Positions 22,064 through 29,770 of a DNA stretch of 32,000 nt are shown here, piece by piece. The notes under the pieces are model-generated. The model saw only the letters and a list, made by a program, of their open reading frames with translations, had not been told where the DNA came from and ran no database searches. The stretch's first letter is position 1; the number at the start of each line of letters is the position of its first letter. A program made the position numbers and the translations under genes. This DNA is from Gemmata obscuriglobus (GTDB lineage: Bacteria > Planctomycetota > Planctomycetia > Gemmatales > Gemmataceae), in the NCBI RefSeq assembly GCF_008065095.1, contig NZ_CP042911.1, forward strand, positions 2,310,001-2,342,000. Reading direction: 5' to 3'.

Positions 22064-25000
22064 CTACTCCGAGATCATCTTGAGCAGCGTGGACCGCACG
22101 TTCGCCGCCAGCGCCGGCGCCAGCCACCGGTCGAAGCCGCCGTACACGTTCGACCACACGCGCTCGACCACCGCGTCGTGCATCTCGCCGGTGCCGAAGT
22201 CGTACTGCCGGCGCACCGGCTCGTCGCTGAACCAGCCGCGGCGAACGACCGTCTCCGGCGGCAGGTACTCGCGCGCTGGGCCGCTGCTCGCCCGCACCAT
22301 CACGTCCGGGCCGTCGCCGGTTTTGTCGTCGGGCCGTTTGATCTCGTGCCGCCCGGTTTCGCCCCAGAACCGTAGTTGCGCGCCCACGCCGCCGATTTCC
22401 AGAACGAGGCCGATGGTGCCGGCGGTTGTGTCGGGGGCGTGTTCTGCCGGCGCCACCGCGACCCGCTTGAACAACAGCTTCTCCGGGTCCCTGAAAAAGT
22501 AGTTGTCGTTCACCCACACCGTTTTCGGCAGGTTCGGGTCCGCTGCACGGCCGAGCGGGGCGCGCTCGGGCGGCGTCGCGGGCGGGTCGTTCGGGGCCGG
22601 CAACGCGTAGCGGAACACACGCACCGTCATCCCGTGCTCGTGCGCGATCGCGCGGTAGGCGGCGGCCATCTCCGCGAGGTTCCCGCGGTGCTCGGAGAAC
22701 AGCGCGAGTGTGACGCGATCCCCCTCCGGTGCGCTCAAGGCGTACAACCGAAGGAGCAACTTGTCCCAGGCGCGGTTCGCTTCGTCGAGCCGCTCCTGAA
22801 TCTCCCGGGCGGGCGGTTCCGCCGTTTCGTGGAACGCGATCACGGTGGCGTCCTCGAGCGCGAACGCGGCGTCCCGCTGGCGCGCGACCTCGTCGGCCAG
22901 TTCCCGGAGCCGGCCGAGCTTCGCCAGCGCCTCGGCCTCCGCGCCGCTGATCTTCTTCTTTGCGGCCTGCCTCTTGAGGATGCGGACCTCTTGCTGCGCG
23001 AGCTGGTACACCTCGTTGTTCAGCTCGCGCACCGCGGACGACGCGGCCAGCACCTGGTGCCACCGGCGCATCACCTGCGCGCCGGCCGCGAGCTTCCCGC
23101 TCGGCCCGGACGGCTCACGCGCCGATTTCGCCCGCGCCCCCTGAAGGGCGCGCACGGCGACGATCGGCACGCCGTCCGCCACGCCCACCTCAACGGCCAG
23201 CGGCACGTTGCCGGCGTGCCGGTTCATCTGCCGGGCGAGCGGCGCGAGCAGCTCGCGCTCCATCGCCCGCTTCAGCGGGCGCGCGCCGTACCGCGGGTCG
23301 TAACCGACCGCCGCCAGGTGGTCCAGCAGCGCCGGGTCCGTCGCGAGCGACAGGTCACGGAACCGCACCCCGTCGCGGCCCTGCACCTTGTGCCACTCGC
23401 GGTCCGTGATGCCGCGGATCACCTCCGGCCCGAGCGGCGCGAAGGGCACGATCCGGTCGAGCCGGTTGAACATCTCGGGCCGCAGGAACTGCTCCACCGC
23501 CCGCGCGAAGTGCTCCTGCGATTCGGTTTTCCCGACCGCGCCGGTCAGGAACCCGGACGAGCCGCGGCGGAACGAGTCCGCGCCCAGGTTCGACGTGAGG
23601 ATGACGACGGTGTTGCGGAAGTCCGCGAGCCGGCCGCCGGCGTCCGTGAGGCGCGCCTCGCCGAGCGCCTGGAGCAGCAGATCGAAGAACGAGTGGTCCG
23701 CCTTTTCCACCTCATCAAGGAGCAGCACCGCGAACGGCTGCTCGCGCACCCTCGCGGTGAGCAGCCCCTCGCTCCCGAACGCCCCGCCGACGAGCCGGCG
23801 CACCGACACCGGGTCGGCGTACTCGCTCATATCGAACCGCGTGAGCCGGTCCTTCGAGCCGAACAGGAACTCCGCCACCGCCTTCGCCATCTCGGTCTTG
23901 CCGACGCCCGTCGGGCCGATGAACAGCAGCGACGCGATGGGCCGGTTGGGGCGCGTCAGCCCCGCCTTCACGGTGGCGAGCAGGTCCGTCACCAAGCTCA
24001 CGGCGTCGGGCTGGCCGATCACGCGCCGGGCGAACCAGTCGTGCGTGGCCGCCAGGTCGAGGGGCACCGACGGGTCCAGGACGGCGCGCGGCAGCCCGGT
24101 TTCGCGCGTGAACGCATCGTACACCTCGGTTTCGGTGATCGGCTCGCCCTTGGCGCCGTCGCGGATCAGGTTTTCGAGGAACCGGAGCGGCCGGCCCGGG
24201 TACGCGGAGTACGTCGCGTACCGGCGGTGGAGGCGGTCCGTTGCGGCGAGCGCGGCCGGCTCGGTCACGCGGCGGGCGTTGTCGCGTGCGAAGCTCGCGA
24301 GGATCGCGCGCCCCTTGGCGGTGCCGGGCTCCTCGACCGTGATGTGCCGGAACGCGTCGAGCAACTGCGGGTCCAGCTTCTCGATGAGCGGCAGTTGCTC
24401 GGGGGTGCATTCCGCGACGCACAGCAGCTCGCCGCGGCCGATCGCCGGGCGCAGGAACGTGGCGAGGCCGGACGAGTTGTGCTCGCTCTTGCCCACCTCG
24501 AGCAGTTCCACCAGGGGGCCGAAGTGGATCACGGCCTTGCGCTTCGTCGCGTCCTTGATGAGGTCCTGGCACCGCTCCTGCCACATGCCGAACCCGGTCT
24601 GGCCGGCGACGACCCGCGCGCCGCTGGTCTGGAAGACCGGGGCACGCGCCGACGCGCGCCAGCGGCGGGCGAGTTCGCGCACCGCGGCCGTTTTGCCGAC
24701 CCCGCTCGGGCCGATCAGCAGGACGCTTTGCGTCGGGTTGCCCGTCAGCGCGCGGGTGAGTTCCGAGACCGTCTCATCGGCCTCGTAGGTCTTTTCGTCG
24801 TCGCGCCCGAGAAGTGTGGCGATCTGTTGCAGCAGCGTGAGCTTTCCGTCCTGCTGATCGGTTTCGGCGCGGATCGCGCGGTCCTTGAGGGTCGGGATGC
24901 GGACGGCGAGCGCGTGGGACTCCACGGCGAACCCGAGCGTGGTCTGAACGCCGGCGACCGACTTCAGGTTCACCGACAGGTTCAACCGCCGCAGCGCCGC

Positions 25001-25468
25001 CAGCGTGTCCTTCTGGAGCAACCGCACGAGGTTGTCGGCCGGGTCCGCGATCACCTCGATCCCGAGTTCCAGAACACGCGCCAGGGTGTAGCCCTTGAAT
25101 TGGGGCGCGCTGGGGCCGAACGGCGCTCCGTCTGGGTCGGAGGGGCTGTCCGAGGCGCTCTGATCCCACACCGCGGCGTGGAACGTGAGCAGCAGCGGGT
25201 CGCGCCAAGCTTCGTTCGTGCGCGGCGGGGACAGTTCCAGCGTGAACGTGAGTTCTCGTGCCGCCCGGGAGCGGCGCCGCCGGAGCAGCGTTTCGGGATC
25301 GAGTTTGGGAATCAGCTCAGTGAGGTTTCGCCGCGCGGCCGTACCCGCAAGGGCGCGGTTCGCCCCGAGGCGAGCGAGTTCGGGGAAGAACAGCGGTTCC
25401 GCCAGCACCGCCCCGGGGCCGAGCTTGCGCAGGGCGAGGGAAACGGGGAACTCGATCTCAACCGCCAT
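22064..25468 (-). CDS. Clp/Hsp100-like double-AAA+ ATPase, paralog C (1134 aa) with a release-factor-like C-terminal extension
   Basis: Starts at ATG 25468 (MAVEIEFPVS). D1 P-loop: LLIGPSGVGKT. D2 motifs: FIGPTGVGKTE, LLLDEVEKA, LTSNLG, LRPEMFNRLD, GARPLKRAM. About 360 aa follow the D2 small domain. Confidence 0.85.
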   Translation of the reverse strand: MAVEIEFPVSLALRKLGPGAVLAEPLFFPELARLGANRALAGTAARRNLTELIPKLDPETLLRRRRSRAARELTFTLELSPPRTNEAWRDPLLLTFHAAVWDQSASDSPSDPDGAPFGPSAPQFKGYTLARVLELGIEVIADPADNLVRLLQKDTLAALRRLNLSVNLKSVAGVQTTLGFAVESHALAVRIPTLKDRAIRAETDQQDGKLTLLQQIATLLGRDDEKTYEADETVSELTRALTGNPTQSVLLIGPSGVGKTAAVRELARRWRASARAPVFQTSGARVVAGQTGFGMWQERCQDLIKDATKRKAVIHFGPLVELLEVGKSEHNSSGLATFLRPAIGRGELLCVAECTPEQLPLIEKLDPQLLDAFRHITVEEPGTAKGRAILASFARDNARRVTEPAALAATDRLHRRYATYSAYPGRPLRFLENLIRDGAKGEPITETEVYDAFTRETGLPRAVLDPSVPLDLAATHDWFARRVIGQPDAVSLVTDLLATVKAGLTRPNRPIASLLFIGPTGVGKTEMAKAVAEFLFGSKDRLTRFDMSEYADPVSVRRLVGGAFGSEGLLTARVREQPFAVLLLDEVEKADHSFFDLLLQALGEARLTDAGGRLADFRNTVVILTSNLGADSFRRGSSGFLTGAVGKTESQEHFARAVEQFLRPEMFNRLDRIVPFAPLGPEVIRGITDREWHKVQGRDGVRFRDLSLATDPALLDHLAAVGYDPRYGARPLKRAMERELLAPLARQMNRHAGNVPLAVEVGVADGVPIVAVRALQGARAKSAREPSGPSGKLAAGAQVMRRWHQVLAASSAVRELNNEVYQLAQQEVRILKRQAAKKKISGAEAEALAKLGRLRELADEVARQRDAAFALEDATVIAFHETAEPPAREIQERLDEANRAWDKLLLRLYALSAPEGDRVTLALFSEHRGNLAEMAAAYRAIAHEHGMTVRVFRYALPAPNDPPATPPERAPLGRAADPNLPKTVWVNDNYFFRDPEKLLFKRVAVAPAEHAPDTTAGTIGLVLEIGGVGAQLRFWGETGRHEIKRPDDKTGDGPDVMVRASSGPAREYLPPETVVRRGWFSDEPVRRQYDFGTGEMHDAVVERVWSNVYGGFDRWLAPALAANVRSTLLKMISE

Positions 25469-25630
25469 GAACGCTCCCGGAACAGGATCGCACAGTGTGA
25501 CGCATCGGGACAGAGGGGGCAAGTGGGTGCCCGGTTCGGTGCGCCGGATCGGAACAAACGCGCGCCGAATTTGTTCCAATTCGTGTATGTGGTACGGGCC
25601 GAGCGGCTACTGAATGGGTAGGAGGGGGCC

Positions 25631-27250
25631 ATGTCGCACCGCACCGCCCGTTTCGTCGCAGCACTCGTTCCCGAGCGCGAATTGCCGACCGATGCGGAAC
25701 TGCTCGCTCGGTTCGCCGCCGGGCGCGACGCCGGCGCGTTCGAACTGTTGGTCTGGCGCCACGCCGGGCTTGTGCTTCGCGTGTGCCGCGCGGCCCTCCG
25801 CGACCGGCACGCCGCGGAGGACGCCGCTCAAGCCGTGTTTTTGGCCCTGGCCCGTCAGGCCGGCTCGGTCGGTCGGTCCGGGACCGCCGCCGGCTGGCTG
25901 TTTCGGGTGTCGCGTCGGGTGTCTGCTCGGGCGGCGCGGCGCCGAGTCGCGGTTCCTGTGCCAGCTTCCGATCTCGACGCGCTCCCCGCGCCTGACGCTC
26001 CTGAACCGGACCGTGACGCCGAACGCGCGGTTCAGGAGGAGGTCGCGCGGCTGCCGGAATCGCATCGGGCGCCGGTGCTTCTGTGCTTCTTTGAAGGGCT
26101 GACCCACGCCGAAGCGGCCCGGCGGCTCGGTGTTCCCGTCGGCACCGTGGCGGGGCGGATCGCGCGGGCCAAAGAGGTTCTGGCCGTCCGGCTGAGGCGG
26201 CGCGGCCTCTCGCTCGCCGTTCTCCCTTCAGCCGGTGTTCTGATCGTTCCGGCGTTCGTGTCGGCCACCGCCCACATCGCAATCACCTTTGCGGCGGAAG
26301 GCCGCGTCGGTGTGCCCGGCCCCGTTCTCGAACTCGTCAATCAGGAGTTGCGCGTGATGGCCCTCAAGAGAGTGCTCGGCGGCGCTGCCGCGCTCGTGCT
26401 GGTCGTGGCTGGTGCGTGCCTGAGCTTCGGGATGAGCGGGCCGCCCGAACCACCCGCCGCGCCTACCCCGGCCCCGCACGTGGCGGCCGAAAAGCCGCCT
26501 GCTCCGAAGGTGCCGGCTCCGGTGATCGGCAAGGCGTTCGCTATCGCCCCGATCACCACCGACCTCCAGCGTCAGCTCATTCGCGGCGCCGGGGCCGACT
26601 CAGCGGTGCTTCTGATTGTGGACGCGCAAACGCTGCTAAAGGACGATAAGACACTCGATGTCGGCGCCCTTCAGCTCGCCGAGATGCGGAAGGGCCTACG
26701 AGCATTCCGGCGAGCGAAAGGCCAATCTGTCGCCCACAGCGCGGTTCACTATCCGTTCGGTCGCGAAATATCAGGTGACAGCGCGGACGCGCTCGATTTC
26801 GTGCTCGCCGGTGCGGCGCGCGCTGAAGAGTTCGCTCCGGTTACGCCGCTCGGATACCACACCGTACACAACCAGGCGTTCGATTTCGTCAAGTACATCA
26901 GCCCACTGAAGGAGAAGGCGGCGGGCGACACGGCCGAGGTTGGCGTGGGTGACGAGCGGGTGGTTGCGTACCCGGTGCGAACGCCGCTCAGTCAGGTGTT
27001 GACCGGCTCGGTCAGCGGAGTGCTCATCGTAAAAACGCCGGTCATGTGCCAGGGGGACGTGTGGCAGGCGGACGGCTTGGGGGCATCGGTCCGGGGCACA
27101 CTCGAAAAGCTGAAGCTGGCCAAGGGCAGTCGGGTCTACTTCTCGCTGAACGTGCAAGGGCGGAACCCCAAGGCGACCGACCAACTGCGGCTCGACTGTG
27201 CGGAGTGGGCGAAAGACGCCGGATTAGAGTTGTGGCAGACCAGCTATTAA
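25631..27250 (+). CDS. ECF sigma-70 factor fused to a transmembrane helix and an uncharacterised ~270-aa C-terminal domain
   Basis: ATG 25631 is preceded by GGAGGGGG. Region 2: DAGAFELLVWRHAGLVLRVCR..AAEDAAQAVF. Region 4: HRAPVLLCFFEGLTHAEAARRLGVPVGTVAGRIARAKEVL. Transmembrane segment: VLGGAAALVLVVAGACLSFG. It is a paralog of the 13053 sigma gene in its sigma part. Confidence 0.8.
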   Translation: MSHRTARFVAALVPERELPTDAELLARFAAGRDAGAFELLVWRHAGLVLRVCRAALRDRHAAEDAAQAVFLALARQAGSVGRSGTAAGWLFRVSRRVSARAARRRVAVPVPASDLDALPAPDAPEPDRDAERAVQEEVARLPESHRAPVLLCFFEGLTHAEAARRLGVPVGTVAGRIARAKEVLAVRLRRRGLSLAVLPSAGVLIVPAFVSATAHIAITFAAEGRVGVPGPVLELVNQELRVMALKRVLGGAAALVLVVAGACLSFGMSGPPEPPAAPTPAPHVAAEKPPAPKVPAPVIGKAFAIAPITTDLQRQLIRGAGADSAVLLIVDAQTLLKDDKTLDVGALQLAEMRKGLRAFRRAKGQSVAHSAVHYPFGREISGDSADALDFVLAGAARAEEFAPVTPLGYHTVHNQAFDFVKYISPLKEKAAGDTAEVGVGDERVVAYPVRTPLSQVLTGSVSGVLIVKTPVMCQGDVWQADGLGASVRGTLEKLKLAKGSRVYFSLNVQGRNPKATDQLRLDCAEWAKDAGLELWQTSY

Positions 27251-27265
27251 GTGACAGCCCGCGTG

Positions 27266-27365
27266 TTTGTCTTTGTTCTTGTGGCACAGACATTCCTGTC
27301 TGTGCGACTTTAAACCTCGTTGCCGCACAGACAGGAATGTCTGTGCCACAAGAAACAAAGACAAA
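27266..27365. repeat. REP-like long palindrome, family copy 1
   Basis: Arms of 41 and 42 bp differ by a single T indel: tttgtctttgttcttgtggcacagacattcctgtctgtgcg pairs with cgcacagacaggaatgtctgtgccacaagaaacaaagacaaa, with a 17-nt loop. The core cacagaca-ttcc-tgtctgtg is itself a hairpin. It lies 16 bp after the sigma gene stop. Confidence 0.75.
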
Positions 27366-27477
27366 GAGGAGTTCGGTCTGCTTCTGGCGTATCGCCGGAC
27401 CCAGCCGGGCCAATCCGTTTCGGCCGCTCGTTCGTCGTACCCGTGTGGCGCGTTTCACCTCCCGGGAGTCATCTCCG

Positions 27478-29760
27478 ATGAACAAGCTCCTGCCGGTTGT
27501 TGCGGTCGCGGTCCTCGTCGGCGTGTGGGCGGTGCCCGCACCGGCAGCGGACGAGAAGAAGCCGCTCAAACACCTCGAAGGGCAGATCTTCGACCAGATC
27601 CTGGCCAAACACCAGGACCTGACGTTCGATCAACTCAAGGGCCGGGCGGTCAAGCCGCGCGCGTATTCGGGGATCGACTTCGACCCGACCAAGACTGCGC
27701 ACTTCGACACAGTGAAAACCAAACTCGGCCTGACCGACGACGAACTCGCTCTCTTCAAGAAGGCCGGCTTCGTATCAATCGACCAGAACCGCCGGCACTC
27801 GTTCGCGTCCGCGTACTTCCAGATCTACTCGGCCGACCTGCCGGTGCTGGTCACCACGGATTCCGTTCTGCACGCAATGCACAAATCCTACGACGACATC
27901 CTGATGGATATGGAGCGTGCCGTCTTCGTGCCGACGGTTCGCCAGATTCTGGCCGACACGCACGCGAAGCTCAGCGCGCCATACGCGGGCGGCGCGGCTC
28001 CCGAGAGCGTGGCGGACGTAGACCTGTACCTGACTGTCGCGCGGAACCTGCTCGAAGGCGCCGGGGCGCCGGCCGACGAGGTCGATTACGCCAAAAAACC
28101 GACGTGGGACGGCAAGCTGAAGGTCCGCTCGAACCACGGTCAGGACGAGGCCGTCCAGGCGCTGCTCTCCGAGGTGCGGGAACTCAAGCTCAAGGCCCCC
28201 CACGTGGGCTCGGCGCCGACGAAGATTTACGGCGGCGAGCGGTACCCGGACTTCTCGCAGTTCCGCCCGCGCGGGCACTACACGAAGGCCCAGGAGCTGA
28301 AGAACTACTTCCGCTGCATGATGTGGCTCGGGCGGGTCGATTGCGGCTGGAACGTGCTCCCCACGGACGACACGCCGGGCGTCAAGGCGAACAGTGACCG
28401 TGAGCTGACCGCCGCCATCCTGTTCTGCGAAGCGCTGAAGGAGTCCGGAAGCCTGAAGGCGCTCAAGTCGCTCGACGACATCATCGGGTTCATGGTCGGG
28501 CGCAGCGACAACCTCACCGTGTTCGCGCTGCTCGACGTTTGCGCGAAGCTGGGAACCGCTTCAGCGAAGGGAACAGTGAAGGACCTCGATAAGGTGAAGG
28601 CGGAACTGAAGAGCGGCAAGCTCGCGGCCCAGATGATTCGGTCGCAGCTCGTACTCTCGGACATCGGTAGTACGATCAAGGTCCCGCCGCCGGCGGTGTT
28701 CCAGGTGTTCGGTCAGCGGTTCATCCTCGACTCGTTCGTGCTGTCGCAGGTCGTGTTCGACAGCATCGTTTTCAAGAACCAGAAGATGCAGCGGATGATG
28801 CCCACCGGGCTCGACGCCCTGGCCGCGCTCGGTAGCGACGAGGCCGTGCTGCTGCTCGAACCCGAACTGAAGCGGTGGAACTACTCGGCGAACCTGCTCG
28901 CGTGCCGCGACTTTATCAACCTGCATCCGGAAACGTACTGGAAGAGCAACCTGTACGTGCTGTGGCTCGACTGCCTCCGCGCGCTGAACGCCGACATGAC
29001 CGGGCACAAGCGGTTCCCGCAGGCGATGCGGTCGAAGGGGTGGGCCATGAAGCAACTGAACACCCAGCTCGGCTCCTGGGCGGAACTGCGTCACGACACG
29101 ATCCTGTACGCGAAGCAGTCGTACACCGGGATGGTCACGTGCGAGTACCCGGCGGGGTACGTCGAGCCGTACCCCGAGTTCTACGCGAAGGTGAAGTTCT
29201 TCGCGGACGAGGCCGGCAAGCTGTTCGCCGCGGCGGAGTTTCCCGGTCTGAATGCCGAAGCGAAGAAAGGCTACGTCACGTTCTTCCGGCAGTTCAGCGC
29301 GACGGTCGGGCAGTTAGAAACGCTCGCGAAGAAAGAACTGGCGGGCGAGGCGTTCACCGACGCCGAGAAGGCGTTCATCAAAAAGACGGTGGACGCGCGG
29401 GGCGGGGGGAGCGGCCCGCCGCGGTACGACGGCTGGTACCCGAAGCTGTTCTTCAACCGCGACGAGTGCGCGAAGTGGGCGCCGGTGGTGGCCGACGTTC
29501 ACACCGACCCGGCGTCGCAGAGCTGCCTGGAAGTGGCCGTGGGCGACACCATGTTCGGGGTGATCGCGGTCGATAACGACACGGACCGCATGACCTACGT
29601 CGGCCCGCTGTACTCGTACTACGAGTTCCGGCAACCGGTCGATAAGCGGCTCACCGACCCCGAGTGGCACCAGATGATCGCTCAGGGCAAGGTGCCCGCG
29701 CGCCCGGAGTGGACCCGGGAGTTCGTGGCGCCCACTCGCAAGGCCGGGACAGGCCGGTGA
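27478..29760 (+). CDS. Secreted DUF3160-like protein
   Basis: Starts at ATG 27478 with the signal peptide MNKLLPVVAVAVLVGVWAVPAPA. It is 760 aa. As I recall, the motif FRPRGHYTKAQELKNYFRCMMWLGR is characteristic of DUF3160. That assignment is from memory and has not been searched. Confidence 0.5.
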   Translation: MNKLLPVVAVAVLVGVWAVPAPAADEKKPLKHLEGQIFDQILAKHQDLTFDQLKGRAVKPRAYSGIDFDPTKTAHFDTVKTKLGLTDDELALFKKAGFVSIDQNRRHSFASAYFQIYSADLPVLVTTDSVLHAMHKSYDDILMDMERAVFVPTVRQILADTHAKLSAPYAGGAAPESVADVDLYLTVARNLLEGAGAPADEVDYAKKPTWDGKLKVRSNHGQDEAVQALLSEVRELKLKAPHVGSAPTKIYGGERYPDFSQFRPRGHYTKAQELKNYFRCMMWLGRVDCGWNVLPTDDTPGVKANSDRELTAAILFCEALKESGSLKALKSLDDIIGFMVGRSDNLTVFALLDVCAKLGTASAKGTVKDLDKVKAELKSGKLAAQMIRSQLVLSDIGSTIKVPPPAVFQVFGQRFILDSFVLSQVVFDSIVFKNQKMQRMMPTGLDALAALGSDEAVLLLEPELKRWNYSANLLACRDFINLHPETYWKSNLYVLWLDCLRALNADMTGHKRFPQAMRSKGWAMKQLNTQLGSWAELRHDTILYAKQSYTGMVTCEYPAGYVEPYPEFYAKVKFFADEAGKLFAAAEFPGLNAEAKKGYVTFFRQFSATVGQLETLAKKELAGEAFTDAEKAFIKKTVDARGGGSGPPRYDGWYPKLFFNRDECAKWAPVVADVHTDPASQSCLEVAVGDTMFGVIAVDNDTDRMTYVGPLYSYYEFRQPVDKRLTDPEWHQMIAQGKVPARPEWTREFVAPTRKAGTGR

Positions 29761-29770
29761 GCGCCGCCGG

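Noticed and set aside
15998-25468. Interpretation of the AAA+ trio as ClpV of a type VI secretion system or as housekeeping ClpB/ClpC
   Set aside because: There are no T6SS structural genes (tssB/C, hcp, vgrG) and no Clp_N or M-domain. The D1 catalytic residues are lost. The N- and C-terminal domains do not resemble those of ClpV/ClpB/ClpC as far as can be read by eye.
25479-25560. ECF-type promoter call (GGAAC -35 elements) as a formal feature
   Set aside because: GGAAC pentamers are present, but I could not find a matching CGT/GTC-type -10 at 16-17 bp spacing. The pentamer alone is expected by chance, so it is kept only as a hypothesis in the findings.
22376-25621. 1081-aa ORF on the plus strand, antisense to Clp-like paralog C
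   Set aside because: It is a shadow ORF typical of GC-rich DNA. Its translation is dominated by R/G/A/P/E/H runs with no recognisable motifs, while the minus-strand frame carries complete AAA+ motifs. The same reasoning applies to 19540..21915 (+), 17330..18394 (+) and 16779..18407 (-).
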